Shown here: piece by piece, positions 55,188-64,000 of the stretch
Layout: the number at the start of each line of letters is the position of its first letter
How positions within the stretch are numbered: the stretch's first letter is position 1
From: Cyanobacteria bacterium auto_48_18
GTDB taxonomy: Bacteria; Cyanobacteriota; Vampirovibrionia; Obscuribacterales; Obscuribacteraceae
DNA length: 64,000 bases
Reading direction: 5' to 3'
Assembly (NCBI GenBank): GCA_036170915.1
Contig: JAVHQC010000022.1
Location: forward strand, 127,320-191,319
The notes under the pieces: model-generated
Told to the model about the DNA's origin: nothing
Database searches by the model: none
Seen by the model: the letters and a program-made list of their open reading frames with translations, nothing else
Made by a program: the position numbers and the translations under genes

Positions 55188-55640
55188 ATGCCAGATAATA
55201 CAGAGCCATGTCCCAGCTGCGGGCGCCCGACGCCAGTAGGGACACGCTGCGTCTATTGCGCTACGGTCACAGACCTCGACCTCAAGAGTCTGCAACTAGA
55301 CTATCTGAAGCAGGGCGAGGCCAAACCGCCGGAAGAGCCCATGGGGCAGTCGGTCGTGATCGTGGTGGTAAAAACTGGTCAGAAGTACACGCTGCGCAGC
55401 GCGAAAGTAAAAATTGGTCGCGATCCGTCTAATCAGGTAGTGATTCCAGATGATACTTTTACCTCCCGGCACCATGCCTGGATTACATTTGAAGAAAGCG
55501 ATTTCTGGATCGAAGATCTTGGTTCCACTAATGGCACTTTGCTCAACGGACATCCGGTAGTGAAAAGACAGGTACTTTCTGCAGGCGACAAAGTTAGAGT
55601 CGGCCATACAGAACTTACTTTCGAAGTTGAGAAGAACTAA
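55188..55640 (+). CDS. Zn-ribbon plus FHA-domain protein
   Basis: CPSC...CVYC; IGR...SRHHA...DLGSTNGT. Confidence 0.92.
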   Translation: MPDNTEPCPSCGRPTPVGTRCVYCATVTDLDLKSLQLDYLKQGEAKPPEEPMGQSVVIVVVKTGQKYTLRSAKVKIGRDPSNQVVIPDDTFTSRHHAWITFEESDFWIEDLGSTNGTLLNGHPVVKRQVLSAGDKVRVGHTELTFEVEKN

Positions 55641-55661
55641 AAGCAAAGGTAAGGCTTACGG

Positions 55662-56468
55662 ATGGCTGATGCAGGTGGTGCCAATCGCATTGAGTTAGAG
55701 AGCCAAATTCTCTGCTCAGCTCTGCGTACAAGTTGGGCCGAAAACGATGCGGTTGGACAAGTTAAGTCTTGCAGTGAGCTCTATCAGCTCTTTCCCGATC
55801 TGGTGCCCGACTTAAGGCCCAATCAAACTGAGTTGCCGCGCGATCTCTATGCTGTTTTAAATATCGACAGAGACGTCACGCCATCGGTGGTTGTGGCTGC
55901 CTATTTCCGTACCGCGAAAAAATTCTTACGCGAATCGGCTCCTAAAGAGCACAGGCTCGATTACTATCGCATTCTCGACTCAGGATTTATTTTGCGCAAG
56001 CCGCGCTTGCGTCTGAGCCATGATCTAATTGTGGGCCGCTCACAGCTGGTCGAGAATAAGCATATTCCTGAAGACGGCACCTTCGAACTGATTGAATTTG
56101 TGGAAGAGCGTCCAGCTCAACCAATGATGGTCACTACTCAGCCCATCGTGCAACAGCCACTGCCTATGCTGATTGAGTTGCTCAAAGCAGCGCAAATTAT
56201 TGGCTCAGCTGAAGTGCAGGCATTGACTAATCAGATGCGCAGCTTCCCTGAGGTTCCAGTCTCTGACCTGGTTCTGAGCGCCGGTTACGTGAACGAGAAC
56301 GAGATGAAGTCGCTACACCTGGCCGAATTTTTACTTAGCCAGGGCAAAATTGATATCGGCCAGTTTTGCGTCGCCATGTATGACGAGCGCATGTCCGGAA
56401 TTCGCATGGCAGAATCATTGCAAGTTCGTGGTTGGCTCGACACTCAGGTGACACGCTACGATAAATAG
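55662..56468 (+). CDS. Hypothetical protein with a degenerate J-domain-like segment
   Basis: DLYAVLNI...AY...YD-like pattern without HPD. Confidence 0.65.
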   Translation: MADAGGANRIELESQILCSALRTSWAENDAVGQVKSCSELYQLFPDLVPDLRPNQTELPRDLYAVLNIDRDVTPSVVVAAYFRTAKKFLRESAPKEHRLDYYRILDSGFILRKPRLRLSHDLIVGRSQLVENKHIPEDGTFELIEFVEERPAQPMMVTTQPIVQQPLPMLIELLKAAQIIGSAEVQALTNQMRSFPEVPVSDLVLSAGYVNENEMKSLHLAEFLLSQGKIDIGQFCVAMYDERMSGIRMAESLQVRGWLDTQVTRYDK

Positions 56469-56591
56469 GCTGCAAGCCGTTTATGAGTTATAGCTCACCT
56501 CTTGATTTGTCGTAACAATGCTACAATTATGGCCCCTGCGCTTAAGTACAGAACTTGCAGGCCCTGTTTCTGCAGGCATTAATGCTAGAAA

Positions 56592-57815
56592 ATGATGCTA
56601 GAAAACAATCAACCACGTCATACTGTGAGAGCCCAGGGCAAAGCGCGATCATTCACGCACACAGAAGGTGGCCGGGTTTATGACGGCCGCCTTCTCAATT
56701 ATCTTTCGCAAAATGCCGCACAACAAGAGCGTTCTTTGCTCGATGAGACTTCAGTAGCCTCAGTGGGTTCAAGTTCGTCGGCTGCGCAAATGCTAGAAAA
56801 CTGGCTCAACGCCGGTGCTTCGTCTTCGCAAGTAGAAGAGCGCGACGACCAAGACGATTTTGATGTGTCAGCTCAAGAAGGCTACTGGCCGAAAACCAAT
56901 TTCGACGATGAGCCGAATATTCATACCGAGCGCGGCCGCCGAGAAGTGGCTGGTGATCACGGTCCTGGTGGTCCCGGCGGATTTTTGCGCAGTCTTCGCA
57001 GCAATGCGGCCAGAGTCAACAATGCCAATAATCGCAATGAAACTGAAACCATGGCGGCATTGCTTAAAACGCGTCCACGCATTGAAATGAAGGCTCTGAG
57101 CGGCGCTAATAAAGGGAATCGACAAAGCGGTGAGCGGGTAGAAACATTCGCCAATGGTTCGCGTGTAGTCAAAGATTCGATTGGTCGCGTGCAAGAAATC
57201 GTGTCAGAGCGAGGCGTCTCCGTGGTCTTGCGCTACGACGAAAAAGGTCACCTGATTTCGTTCGTACGCAGCGATCCAAGCGGCACAGTACATTCGCAGG
57301 GTGAAGCCGATAGCAATGGAGTGCTTGTGCGCGACGGCCGCGGCCGAGTCAAAGCGCAAGGTGAATCAATGCAAGTGGATGCCTGCGGTTGCGTCAGCAT
57401 TGCTCGCGAAGATGGACAGTTCTGGAGCATCGACCTGGTTCGCTCAGTCCACACTGAAAGACGCTTGCTGCCTGATGCTAATGGCCAGTGGATCTCCATG
57501 ACCGCTTTATTTTGTTCCGATGGATTTCGCATGACCACACGCTTCCGGCCGGTGCAGCGCAACGCCATGAGCGAAAGTCTGGCTACCAGTGTCGATTTTA
57601 GTGGCGGCGAAGATTCGGGCACTTATCGCTTCTACGGCCGCGACGGTTCGATCATCGATTTTTCTTCAGACAGCGAGCTCGAGCAATTGAAACCAGCTCA
57701 GGTTTCACCACCCGGTAGTAAGAATGTGCCGGCTGAACACCAGGGCAAAAGGCAGGCAGGTACTGCGTGGGAATCGCTGCGAGAGTATGTGTTCAATTAT
57801 CTGGCTGCGCTTTAA
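56592..57815 (+). CDS. Hypothetical protein with YD-like beta repeats
   Basis: KDSIGRV, YDEKGHL, RDGRGRV. Confidence 0.7.
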   Translation: MMLENNQPRHTVRAQGKARSFTHTEGGRVYDGRLLNYLSQNAAQQERSLLDETSVASVGSSSSAAQMLENWLNAGASSSQVEERDDQDDFDVSAQEGYWPKTNFDDEPNIHTERGRREVAGDHGPGGPGGFLRSLRSNAARVNNANNRNETETMAALLKTRPRIEMKALSGANKGNRQSGERVETFANGSRVVKDSIGRVQEIVSERGVSVVLRYDEKGHLISFVRSDPSGTVHSQGEADSNGVLVRDGRGRVKAQGESMQVDACGCVSIAREDGQFWSIDLVRSVHTERRLLPDANGQWISMTALFCSDGFRMTTRFRPVQRNAMSESLATSVDFSGGEDSGTYRFYGRDGSIIDFSSDSELEQLKPAQVSPPGSKNVPAEHQGKRQAGTAWESLREYVFNYLAAL

Positions 57816-57849
57816 CGAATAGACCAAACAATCTGAGCTGGAAGAACAC

Positions 57850-59352
57850 ATGAGTAGTTTAAACAAATACAGTGAGACCAGCGCCCGAAGCGAAGAGTCT
57901 GAAATTAAATTCGGCACCGACGGTTGGCGCGCCATCATTGCTGAGACTTTTACTTTTGCCAATGTAGAAAAAGTTTCTTACGCCATTGGCAAATATATTC
58001 AAGCTGCTTATGGTCAAAACGACACCGACCTGCCCGTGTTAATTGGCTATGACACCCGCTTTATGGCAGAGCAGTTTGCCGAGCGATCGGCCCGGGTGCT
58101 CATGGCCATGGGCATCAATGTCAAGATTGCAAAGCGCGATATACCTACACCTTGCATTGCCTGGGCTACTCAAGCTGATATTTTTGGTGGCACAGGTGGT
58201 GCGCTGCAGTTTACCGCCAGTCATAATCCGCCTGAATATTGCGGCGTCAAATATATTCCACCATACGCCGGCCCTGCCACCACAGACATTACCGCCAAAA
58301 TTGTTGCGCACCTAAAACACTGCCCTCAGCAGATTGAATTATCGCCTGATGACTTGAAATTTTTTGACGCCAGCGCACCATATATGGAGGCGGTGAAAAA
58401 GCTCGTTGATTTTAATAAGATTTCTCAATCTGGTCTGAAAATAGCCTACGATGCCCTTTACAGCACCAGTCGCGGCTACATGGATAAGCTCATTGAAGAG
58501 GCTGGCCTCAAACCTGTAATTCTGCACAATTTCCGCGATCCGCTTTTTGGTGGTGGCATGCCTGAGCCGCGGCCGGCATATTTAAAAGAGTTGATTGCCA
58601 CCATTCAAGCTGGTGAGTTTGATCTTGGTATCGCCACTGACGGTGACGCCGATCGTTTTGCCATCATTGACGGCCATGGCCATTTCTTTACACCTAATCA
58701 GTTACTGTGTTTGCTCACAAGACACCTGGTTAAGAATCACGGGCTCAGTGGTGCTATTGTGCGCACCGTTGCTACCACTCACATGCTCAATCACGTGGCT
58801 GCTAAATATAATTTGCCTTTGATTGAAACTCCTGTAGGTTTCAAATATATTGGCGAGAAAATGCGCACCGAAGACGTGCTCATTGGTGGCGAAGAGTCAG
58901 GTGGTGTTTCTATTAAAGGGCACATTCCTGAGAAAGACGGCATTTTAGCCAACTTGCTCGTCATTGAAATGCTTGCTTATGAGCAGAAAACGCTGGCGGA
59001 AATTTGGGCATGCCTGGAAGCTGAGATCGGTGTCAAATTTTTTCAAGTGCGAGGCGATTTGCATTTGACTGCCACAACCCAGAAGCAACTATTAGCTCAC
59101 CTGGCCAATAATGGTGTTGAGTCTCTAGCTGGGCAGAAGCTTCTAAAGATCGATAAGACTGACGGCCTTAAGCTTTATTATGATCAAGACAACTGGTTGC
59201 TTTTGCGGCCAAGCGGCACTGAACCTGTCATTCGTGTATCTGGTGAGGGTACTTCTGAACAATTAATTGATTCACTAATGGTTGACTTCAAGCGCCAGAT
59301 CGACGAAATTCTAAAGAGCTACACTCATCGAGCGGCGGAAGTCTCACTTTGA
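57850..59352 (+). CDS. Phosphoglucomutase/phosphomannomutase family protein
   Basis: FGTDGWR, TASHNP, DGDADR, GEESGG, RPSGTEP. Confidence 0.95.
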   Translation: MSSLNKYSETSARSEESEIKFGTDGWRAIIAETFTFANVEKVSYAIGKYIQAAYGQNDTDLPVLIGYDTRFMAEQFAERSARVLMAMGINVKIAKRDIPTPCIAWATQADIFGGTGGALQFTASHNPPEYCGVKYIPPYAGPATTDITAKIVAHLKHCPQQIELSPDDLKFFDASAPYMEAVKKLVDFNKISQSGLKIAYDALYSTSRGYMDKLIEEAGLKPVILHNFRDPLFGGGMPEPRPAYLKELIATIQAGEFDLGIATDGDADRFAIIDGHGHFFTPNQLLCLLTRHLVKNHGLSGAIVRTVATTHMLNHVAAKYNLPLIETPVGFKYIGEKMRTEDVLIGGEESGGVSIKGHIPEKDGILANLLVIEMLAYEQKTLAEIWACLEAEIGVKFFQVRGDLHLTATTQKQLLAHLANNGVESLAGQKLLKIDKTDGLKLYYDQDNWLLLRPSGTEPVIRVSGEGTSEQLIDSLMVDFKRQIDEILKSYTHRAAEVSL

Positions 59353-59651
59353 TCAAATTGCAGAATTTCAAACCTACTGCTGCGGTGGGCCGCCAGGTCG
59401 TCATCATGTTGATCACATCACTGGCTATTTACCAGGCTGGTCGCGCTATTGTCGGGTCGTGTCAGCGGCAGGTCTATCTGCATCAACAGGCCAACGCCTT
59501 AAATGATGGCCGGCGTCAGGCTGAAGAGATCAATAAAGAATTGAAGGATGGTCTGTCGAGCTACCGCTCATCTACCGGTATTGAAAGATTGGCAAGGGAA
59601 AGGCTAAATTTGGCTGGTCCTGATGAGATTGTCATTCGCATCGGAAAATAG
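59349..59651 (+). CDS. FtsB/DivIC septum formation initiator family
   Basis: TM, coiled coil, IERLARERLNL..PDE. Confidence 0.85.
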   Translation: MIKLQNFKPTAAVGRQVVIMLITSLAIYQAGRAIVGSCQRQVYLHQQANALNDGRRQAEEINKELKDGLSSYRSSTGIERLARERLNLAGPDEIVIRIGK

Positions 59652-59663
59652 CCAGTGCGAATT

Positions 59664-59696
59664 GCAGAGAAATTTTTGAAAATTTCTCTGCGTTTT
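59664..59696 (+). terminator. Hairpin after the ftsB-like gene
   Basis: GCAGAGAAATTTT-TG-AAAATTTCTCTGC then GTTTT. Confidence 0.6.
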
Positions 59697-59706
59697 AGCC
59701 AGAAGC

Positions 59707-59733
59707 AAAAAAGCCGCCCTTTCGAGCGGCTTT
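59707..59733 (-). terminator. Rho-independent terminator with GAAA tetraloop
   Basis: Minus strand GCCGCTC-GAAA-GGGCGGC-TTTTTT. Confidence 0.75.
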
Positions 59734-59770
59734 CTTAGAATTTGAACTTGCCTGAGGCAATGACGAACCG

Positions 59771-59992
59771 TTATCTCACTAAAGCGCGAGATAGCCAGAA
59801 CGCTCTAACCTGTCTGTAGGTGCTGAGCACCTTAGCTTGAACAGGCATGGTATTGACTGATGCATGTACACCTGTGGCAGGTACTGGTGCAGGGCCAATC
59901 ATGAGCGGGCCATTAGCAAAACTGGCCGTAGTCAAAAGTCCGAATCCTAGTGTGGTGGCCAGAACAGCCGCTGTTAGTAGACGCTTCTTCAT
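59771..59992 (-). CDS. Small secreted protein
   Basis: GGAGG RBS; MKKR signal peptide ending SFA; own terminator. Confidence 0.7.
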   Translation of the reverse strand: MKKRLLTAAVLATTLGFGLLTTASFANGPLMIGPAPVPATGVHASVNTMPVQAKVLSTYRQVRAFWLSRALVR

Positions 59993-60301
59993 CTTTAGTC
60001 TTTATTCCTCCGAACTTATTATGCGAACTTTTTAGGCTCTTATCGCTATTACTTATTTGACCACAGCTTTAGGAAAGCTGCTTGAACGAATATGCTTTTG
60101 TTATCACAGCCGGTAATCTCAATCCTTAATATGTTGTACCCAGATTGCAGGCTTATTCGGATATTTACCCCTATGATAGAAGATACCCACACTTTCGGAC
60201 CTTGACAATATATTATCATGTCCAAGGGAGATTAAAAGGGGGTAATCCGCAGTGCGTTATTAAACTTCGCCGGAAACAAGGTAGTTGGCTTACAAGAGGG
60301 T

Positions 60302-61348
60302 GTGTCGTTGCCGTCGGATCTCATTGCAATCATCAGTTGTTCAGTTCTTGGTTTGATGGGTCATGGCGCCAGAACAAGAAAATGGCTCGAGTGGTTACTG
60401 CGCATTTTCATCGGCACCTTTTTTGTCTTTTCTGGCATTGCTTATTTGAGCGGCACCATGACCAGTGGTTCACCCTGGTATTACCAGATTACAGGCACAA
60501 TGGGTTTAGCCTGTCTGTTCCTCCTATTTCTGCCATTCCGCCAAGTTTTATCGCGGCTACTGACTATTCTTGATGGAGTGGTTTCGCTGCGCTGCATCAC
60601 CGGCCCCATGCGCCACAAGATGTCGGTGTGGGCTTCAATCATCAATATTAAAGTCTTCCAGCCTCACTCTATTCCGCACATGGTGGGCACCTTTTGCTAT
60701 ATCGCCACTTTCGGTATGTATATGGCCAATACTAATCCGGCAGGATTCGATTTCCCGCAATTGCTGCCCGGTTTACCAATCGCACCCGAGCAGCTTTTCT
60801 CTTATAACGGTTTGGGGCTCGTGTTGATGGCTGTCTGCGGAGTGGGAATTTTAGTCGCCCGCAAACCCAAAGAAGCTTTCGCCCGTTTGGGCTGGTCGAA
60901 ACCGACACTCACACAAGTAGGCATTGGTTTAAGCCTGGTGGTCTTCAGCTTTTTGTACGACCTTTGCTGGTCGCTTTATACACATCAGACCGGCGATATG
61001 GCTAGCAAAATTTCTGCTTATAACGCCACTACTTTCGCTGCCCCTGGTGGTGCCGCCGGTTTTGGTTACTCAGTCTTTCTCGCTCTGGCTGCAGCTCTGT
61101 GTGCCGGCATTGGTGAAGAAACTTTGATTAGAGGTGCTATTCAACCTGTCTTGGGAATTTTGCCGGCAGCTCTTTTGCACGGAATTTTGCATGCTCAGTT
61201 TGCCAATGCTCCCACCCTGATTTTGCAGGTCGCTATCTGGTCTTGCGTCATGGGTATTGTCAGACGTTGTACTAATACGACAACCACCATTATCGGCCAC
61301 GCCGGGTTTAATTTCGTCACTACCTTTTTGTTTGCCTTTAATCCCTGA
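60302..61348 (+). CDS. CPBP/Abi-family intramembrane metalloprotease
   Basis: GEETLIRG, HGILH, H..FN; multiple TMs. Confidence 0.88.
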   Translation: MSLPSDLIAIISCSVLGLMGHGARTRKWLEWLLRIFIGTFFVFSGIAYLSGTMTSGSPWYYQITGTMGLACLFLLFLPFRQVLSRLLTILDGVVSLRCITGPMRHKMSVWASIINIKVFQPHSIPHMVGTFCYIATFGMYMANTNPAGFDFPQLLPGLPIAPEQLFSYNGLGLVLMAVCGVGILVARKPKEAFARLGWSKPTLTQVGIGLSLVVFSFLYDLCWSLYTHQTGDMASKISAYNATTFAAPGGAAGFGYSVFLALAAALCAGIGEETLIRGAIQPVLGILPAALLHGILHAQFANAPTLILQVAIWSCVMGIVRRCTNTTTTIIGHAGFNFVTTFLFAFNP

Positions 61349-61363
61349 TAACGCAAATTGGGC

Positions 61364-61963
61364 TTAAATTGCTTGGGGTTTCATGTCGGCAATCCAGGCG
61401 TCGAGGGCCATAATCGATTCGGTGAGCGAAAATTTGAGCAGGTCTTGTCGTCTGGCACTGCAGTCCAAAATGAAATCGCCCAGTGCCAGAGCTGCTTCGG
61501 CTTTGGTGGCTCCAAGCCCCAGCCGATGGCAAACAATCATCGACAGTGCTTGCGATACGGCTATTGGTCCGTGGTCTAAGGGATACTGCTCAAAAATAGA
61601 TTTGACCGATGGTTCTTGCGAAAGCTGGTCGGCCACCTGAAAAGCCGTGTATATAAAGTCACGAAACCATGGGGGCACTTCCGGCCCGCATTCTTCGCAA
61701 ATCACCAACCATAGATTGAAAGTTAGTATCTCTTTAGTGGTCTGCGTGTAGTTCGCGTCAGCCACTTCAAAAGGCAAAACCACCGACCCTTCTTTTCCGC
61801 CATCAAGGCAATAGCGAATGTACGAACTTAAAATATTAGATGACAAGGCGGCCATGGCCGTGGCTAGAAAAACCGCTCTTTCCCAGCCGTCGCGATCGTC
61901 GACTGGTTTGTGGCTTCCAAGTGTGTCTAGTAAGGATGGTTGAATATCTTCGTCGGAGTCCAT
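61364..61963 (-). CDS. Hypothetical protein
   Basis: 199-aa ORF, convergent with the CPBP gene. Confidence 0.7.
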   Translation of the reverse strand: MDSDEDIQPSLLDTLGSHKPVDDRDGWERAVFLATAMAALSSNILSSYIRYCLDGGKEGSVVLPFEVADANYTQTTKEILTFNLWLVICEECGPEVPPWFRDFIYTAFQVADQLSQEPSVKSIFEQYPLDHGPIAVSQALSMIVCHRLGLGATKAEAALALGDFILDCSARRQDLLKFSLTESIMALDAWIADMKPQAI

Positions 61964-62163
61964 AGAGTCATTTTAATAAATTTCGGAGCCTTACTACGTA
62001 TTTTCCCCCATGACACATTTGTGCCAAAGTGTCAGAGTAAGGATGTCAACGTATAAAAGCGTGCTTAATGGCGGTTCTAACTGTCGAATGCCGGGAATAA
62101 ATAAGTTGACCACCCCCAAAACTATTCATTTATCAGTTACTGAGATTCTGAGGAAAACGACTT

Positions 62164-64000
62164 ATGGCCAAAGGCGATGACAGTTTTAAGAGAGATGTGA
62201 AGGATGCTGTGGATGCTGGCAGCGATTTTTCACAGGGCGGAGATCAAGCCCACAAGGCCCTTATGGCAAAGCTCGCTCAAGACGCCCAGAAACCGGAGTA
62301 TAACGATCCAGCCAAGTTCAATAAATTGGGTGAGAGCGTAGCCGAAGGCTTGCGTGCTAACGGCAAATTGGATGAGCACAGTGTGCGGTGGATTCGTGAC
62401 AACATGAGTCGTTTCGACACTTCGGGTGATGGCAAGGTTAATTACGATGAGCTTGATCCACGCAATCCGATCGCCGTAAATGGTCTGGAAAAGGCCATGA
62501 TGGGTCGATTGCAAGAAATTTATGGCTCATTGAATACACAGCAAGAGTTGAAGAGAAAAGTACCTATCTTTGGCCAACGCGGTGAAGACAATGAGTTCTC
62601 GCACAAAGATTTCAATAAGCTAGTCAACGCTTACGAAAGACCTCGCACAGAAGAGCGCGAAAATCGCCAGCAATCTGAGTTAGCTGAGCGCAAGCAGGCA
62701 CAGAAAGACGAAGTGTCATCTGCCTTATTGCGTAATGATGGTGATCCTAGACGCTCTTTGGCTGCTGTTCTGGATACTCAGCGCAGTGATAAGCCAGACG
62801 GTGAAATTTCGCGCAAAGACATTCGTAAATTCATCGCTAACTATAATGATGGCGAATCCCGCGGAGACTTTGGTTATACCCCTGACAATTTGAGAGCGGC
62901 TCGACTGCTTGATTCGCAGTGGGATGACGATCTCGGCAAATCGCTGCGCGGACAATATGATCGGCACAACGGCGGCAGAGATCATAATGGGCAACCAGAC
63001 AAAATCACTTATGGTGAGATCGATTTGAAACGGTTGGCGGAAATGCGTGGCCAATCGGTGGATGATATGTGGGCCAGTAATGCAACCGGCGCTTCTCGCA
63101 ATGAGCGTGTAGCCGAGACGCAGACCGGCGTTAGACCGGTGCAGGCTGACAACCGTACAGGCTCGGCCAGACCTGTCTTGGATGATCAGGGTGTGGTTGT
63201 GGACAGCAGCAACCGTCCTGTTGTTGATAGCAGTGGCCAACCAGTGCGCACCGGTGAAGTCACCAATCAAGGTAGGGTGAGACCGCTTAAACCTGACAAT
63301 GAAGAAGCAACTGTTTCTCGGCGTCCAGAAAAAGATGATGTAGTCACTCCAACTCGGCGTCCATTGAAAGATGATGGCGATGCAAAGACAGATGGTCAGA
63401 CGACCCCACGTCCAGTGAGCCGCTTTGAAGCCGCGAAGCCGATTCCTGAGTTAGTGATGCCTGAAATCAAAGAAGGCGACGACGTGGCAAAAGTGCGAGA
63501 AGCTTTCGCTAAATCTGCAGAAGAGCATTTCAAGGCTCGCGCTGACTACACTGTTCAACCGGGCCAAGGTTGGGACAGAATTGCTCGCGATGTACTCCGT
63601 CAAGAAAAAGACGGCAGCCATTCAAACGAGCCAAGAGTGGTGGCACTTTCTGAGGCACTGGCGAAGCACAACGGCTGGGGCGGCCGTCTTGATCAAAACA
63701 AGATGTTACAACCTGGTGATGTCGTGAACGTCATGACTCCTGAAATGGTTCAGGCTCGTGTTGAAGCAAGCATGAAACAGTTTGATGCTAAGGCTCTTGA
63801 AATAGCCAACGCAGCAAAGAAAAAAGCTGAAGAAGAGCAGCCTTCTCAATTTGACGGTAAGAGGAACGGTGAGAATCTTCCGGTAGACACAACTAAGGTT
63901 CCTGTTGACACAACTAAGGTTCCTGTTGACACGACTAAGGTTCCGGTTGACACAACTAAGGTTCCTGTTGACACGACTAAAGTTCCGGTTGACACCACCA
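62164..64000 (+). CDS. Large EF-hand / LysM / PVDTTKV-repeat protein (3' truncated; absent from ORF track)
   Basis: Translated by hand, no stop from ATG 62164 to the end; GAGGA RBS; FDTSGDGKVNYDEL; YTVQPGQGWDRIAR...LQPGDVV. Confidence 0.88.
   Translation, partial: MAKGDDSFKRDVKDAVDAGSDFSQGGDQAHKALMAKLAQDAQKPEYNDPAKFNKLGESVAEGLRANGKLDEHSVRWIRDNMSRFDTSGDGKVNYDELDPRNPIAVNGLEKAMMGRLQEIYGSLNTQQELKRKVPIFGQRGEDNEFSHKDFNKLVNAYERPRTEERENRQQSELAERKQAQKDEVSSALLRNDGDPRRSLAAVLDTQRSDKPDGEISRKDIRKFIANYNDGESRGDFGYTPDNLRAARLLDSQWDDDLGKSLRGQYDRHNGGRDHNGQPDKITYGEIDLKRLAEMRGQSVDDMWASNATGASRNERVAETQTGVRPVQADNRTGSARPVLDDQGVVVDSSNRPVVDSSGQPVRTGEVTNQGRVRPLKPDNEEATVSRRPEKDDVVTPTRRPLKDDGDAKTDGQTTPRPVSRFEAAKPIPELVMPEIKEGDDVAKVREAFAKSAEEHFKARADYTVQPGQGWDRIARDVLRQEKDGSHSNEPRVVALSEALAKHNGWGGRLDQNKMLQPGDVVNVMTPEMVQARVEASMKQFDAKALEIANAAKKKAEEEQPSQFDGKRNGENLPVDTTKVPVDTTKVPVDTTKVPVDTTKVPVDTTKVPVDTT
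63880..64000 (+). repeat. 21-bp in-frame tandem repeat (PVDTTKV), 5 full copies plus a partial one, continuing past the window
   Basis: CCNGTNGACACNACTAARGTT at 63880, 63901, 63922, 63943, 63964, 63985. Confidence 0.95.

Noticed and set aside
62230..63270. Minus-strand ORFs 62230-62514 and 62725-63270
   Set aside because: Shadows of the long plus-strand ORF starting at 62164.
63880..64000. 21-bp repeats as a CRISPR array
   Set aside because: Head-to-tail with no spacers, in frame, and only synonymous variation; no cas genes nearby.

Overview
A gene-dense bacterial chromosomal window of moderate GC. The many Hanks-type Ser/Thr kinases with LRR ectodomains and the lineage-style hypothetical proteins suggest a non-photosynthetic Cyanobacteriota relative such as Ca. 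Obscuribacterales/Vampirovibrionia (inference, no search run). Housekeeping genes: dinB 3' end, galT-galK, RND efflux pair, ridA, tsaD, a phosphohexomutase and an ftsB-like gene. Signalling genes: four Ser/Thr kinases (one fused to a REC domain), three histidine kinases (one split by a frameshift) and an FHA protein. No rRNA, tRNA or CRISPR array was seen. Best leads: (1) a compact operon of an ATP-grasp-like ligase, a PaaK-like adenylating enzyme and a TauD dioxygenase (12.1-15.4 kb), resembling an uncharacterised small-molecule pathway; (2) a cassette of a 4-TM protein, a signal-less GH25 lysozyme and an octapeptide-repeat protein with a palindrome-rich leader; (3) an IS1595-like protein whose DDE core appears replaced by a winged helix; (4) a toxin-antitoxin/immunity island with an ART-like pair, a nucleotidyltransferase-HTH pair and a decayed RES toxin absent from the ORF track; (5) a GalT whose N-terminal segment is a separate small gene; (6) an ORF missing from the track (62164 to the end) with EF-hand, LysM and PVDTTKV repeats.
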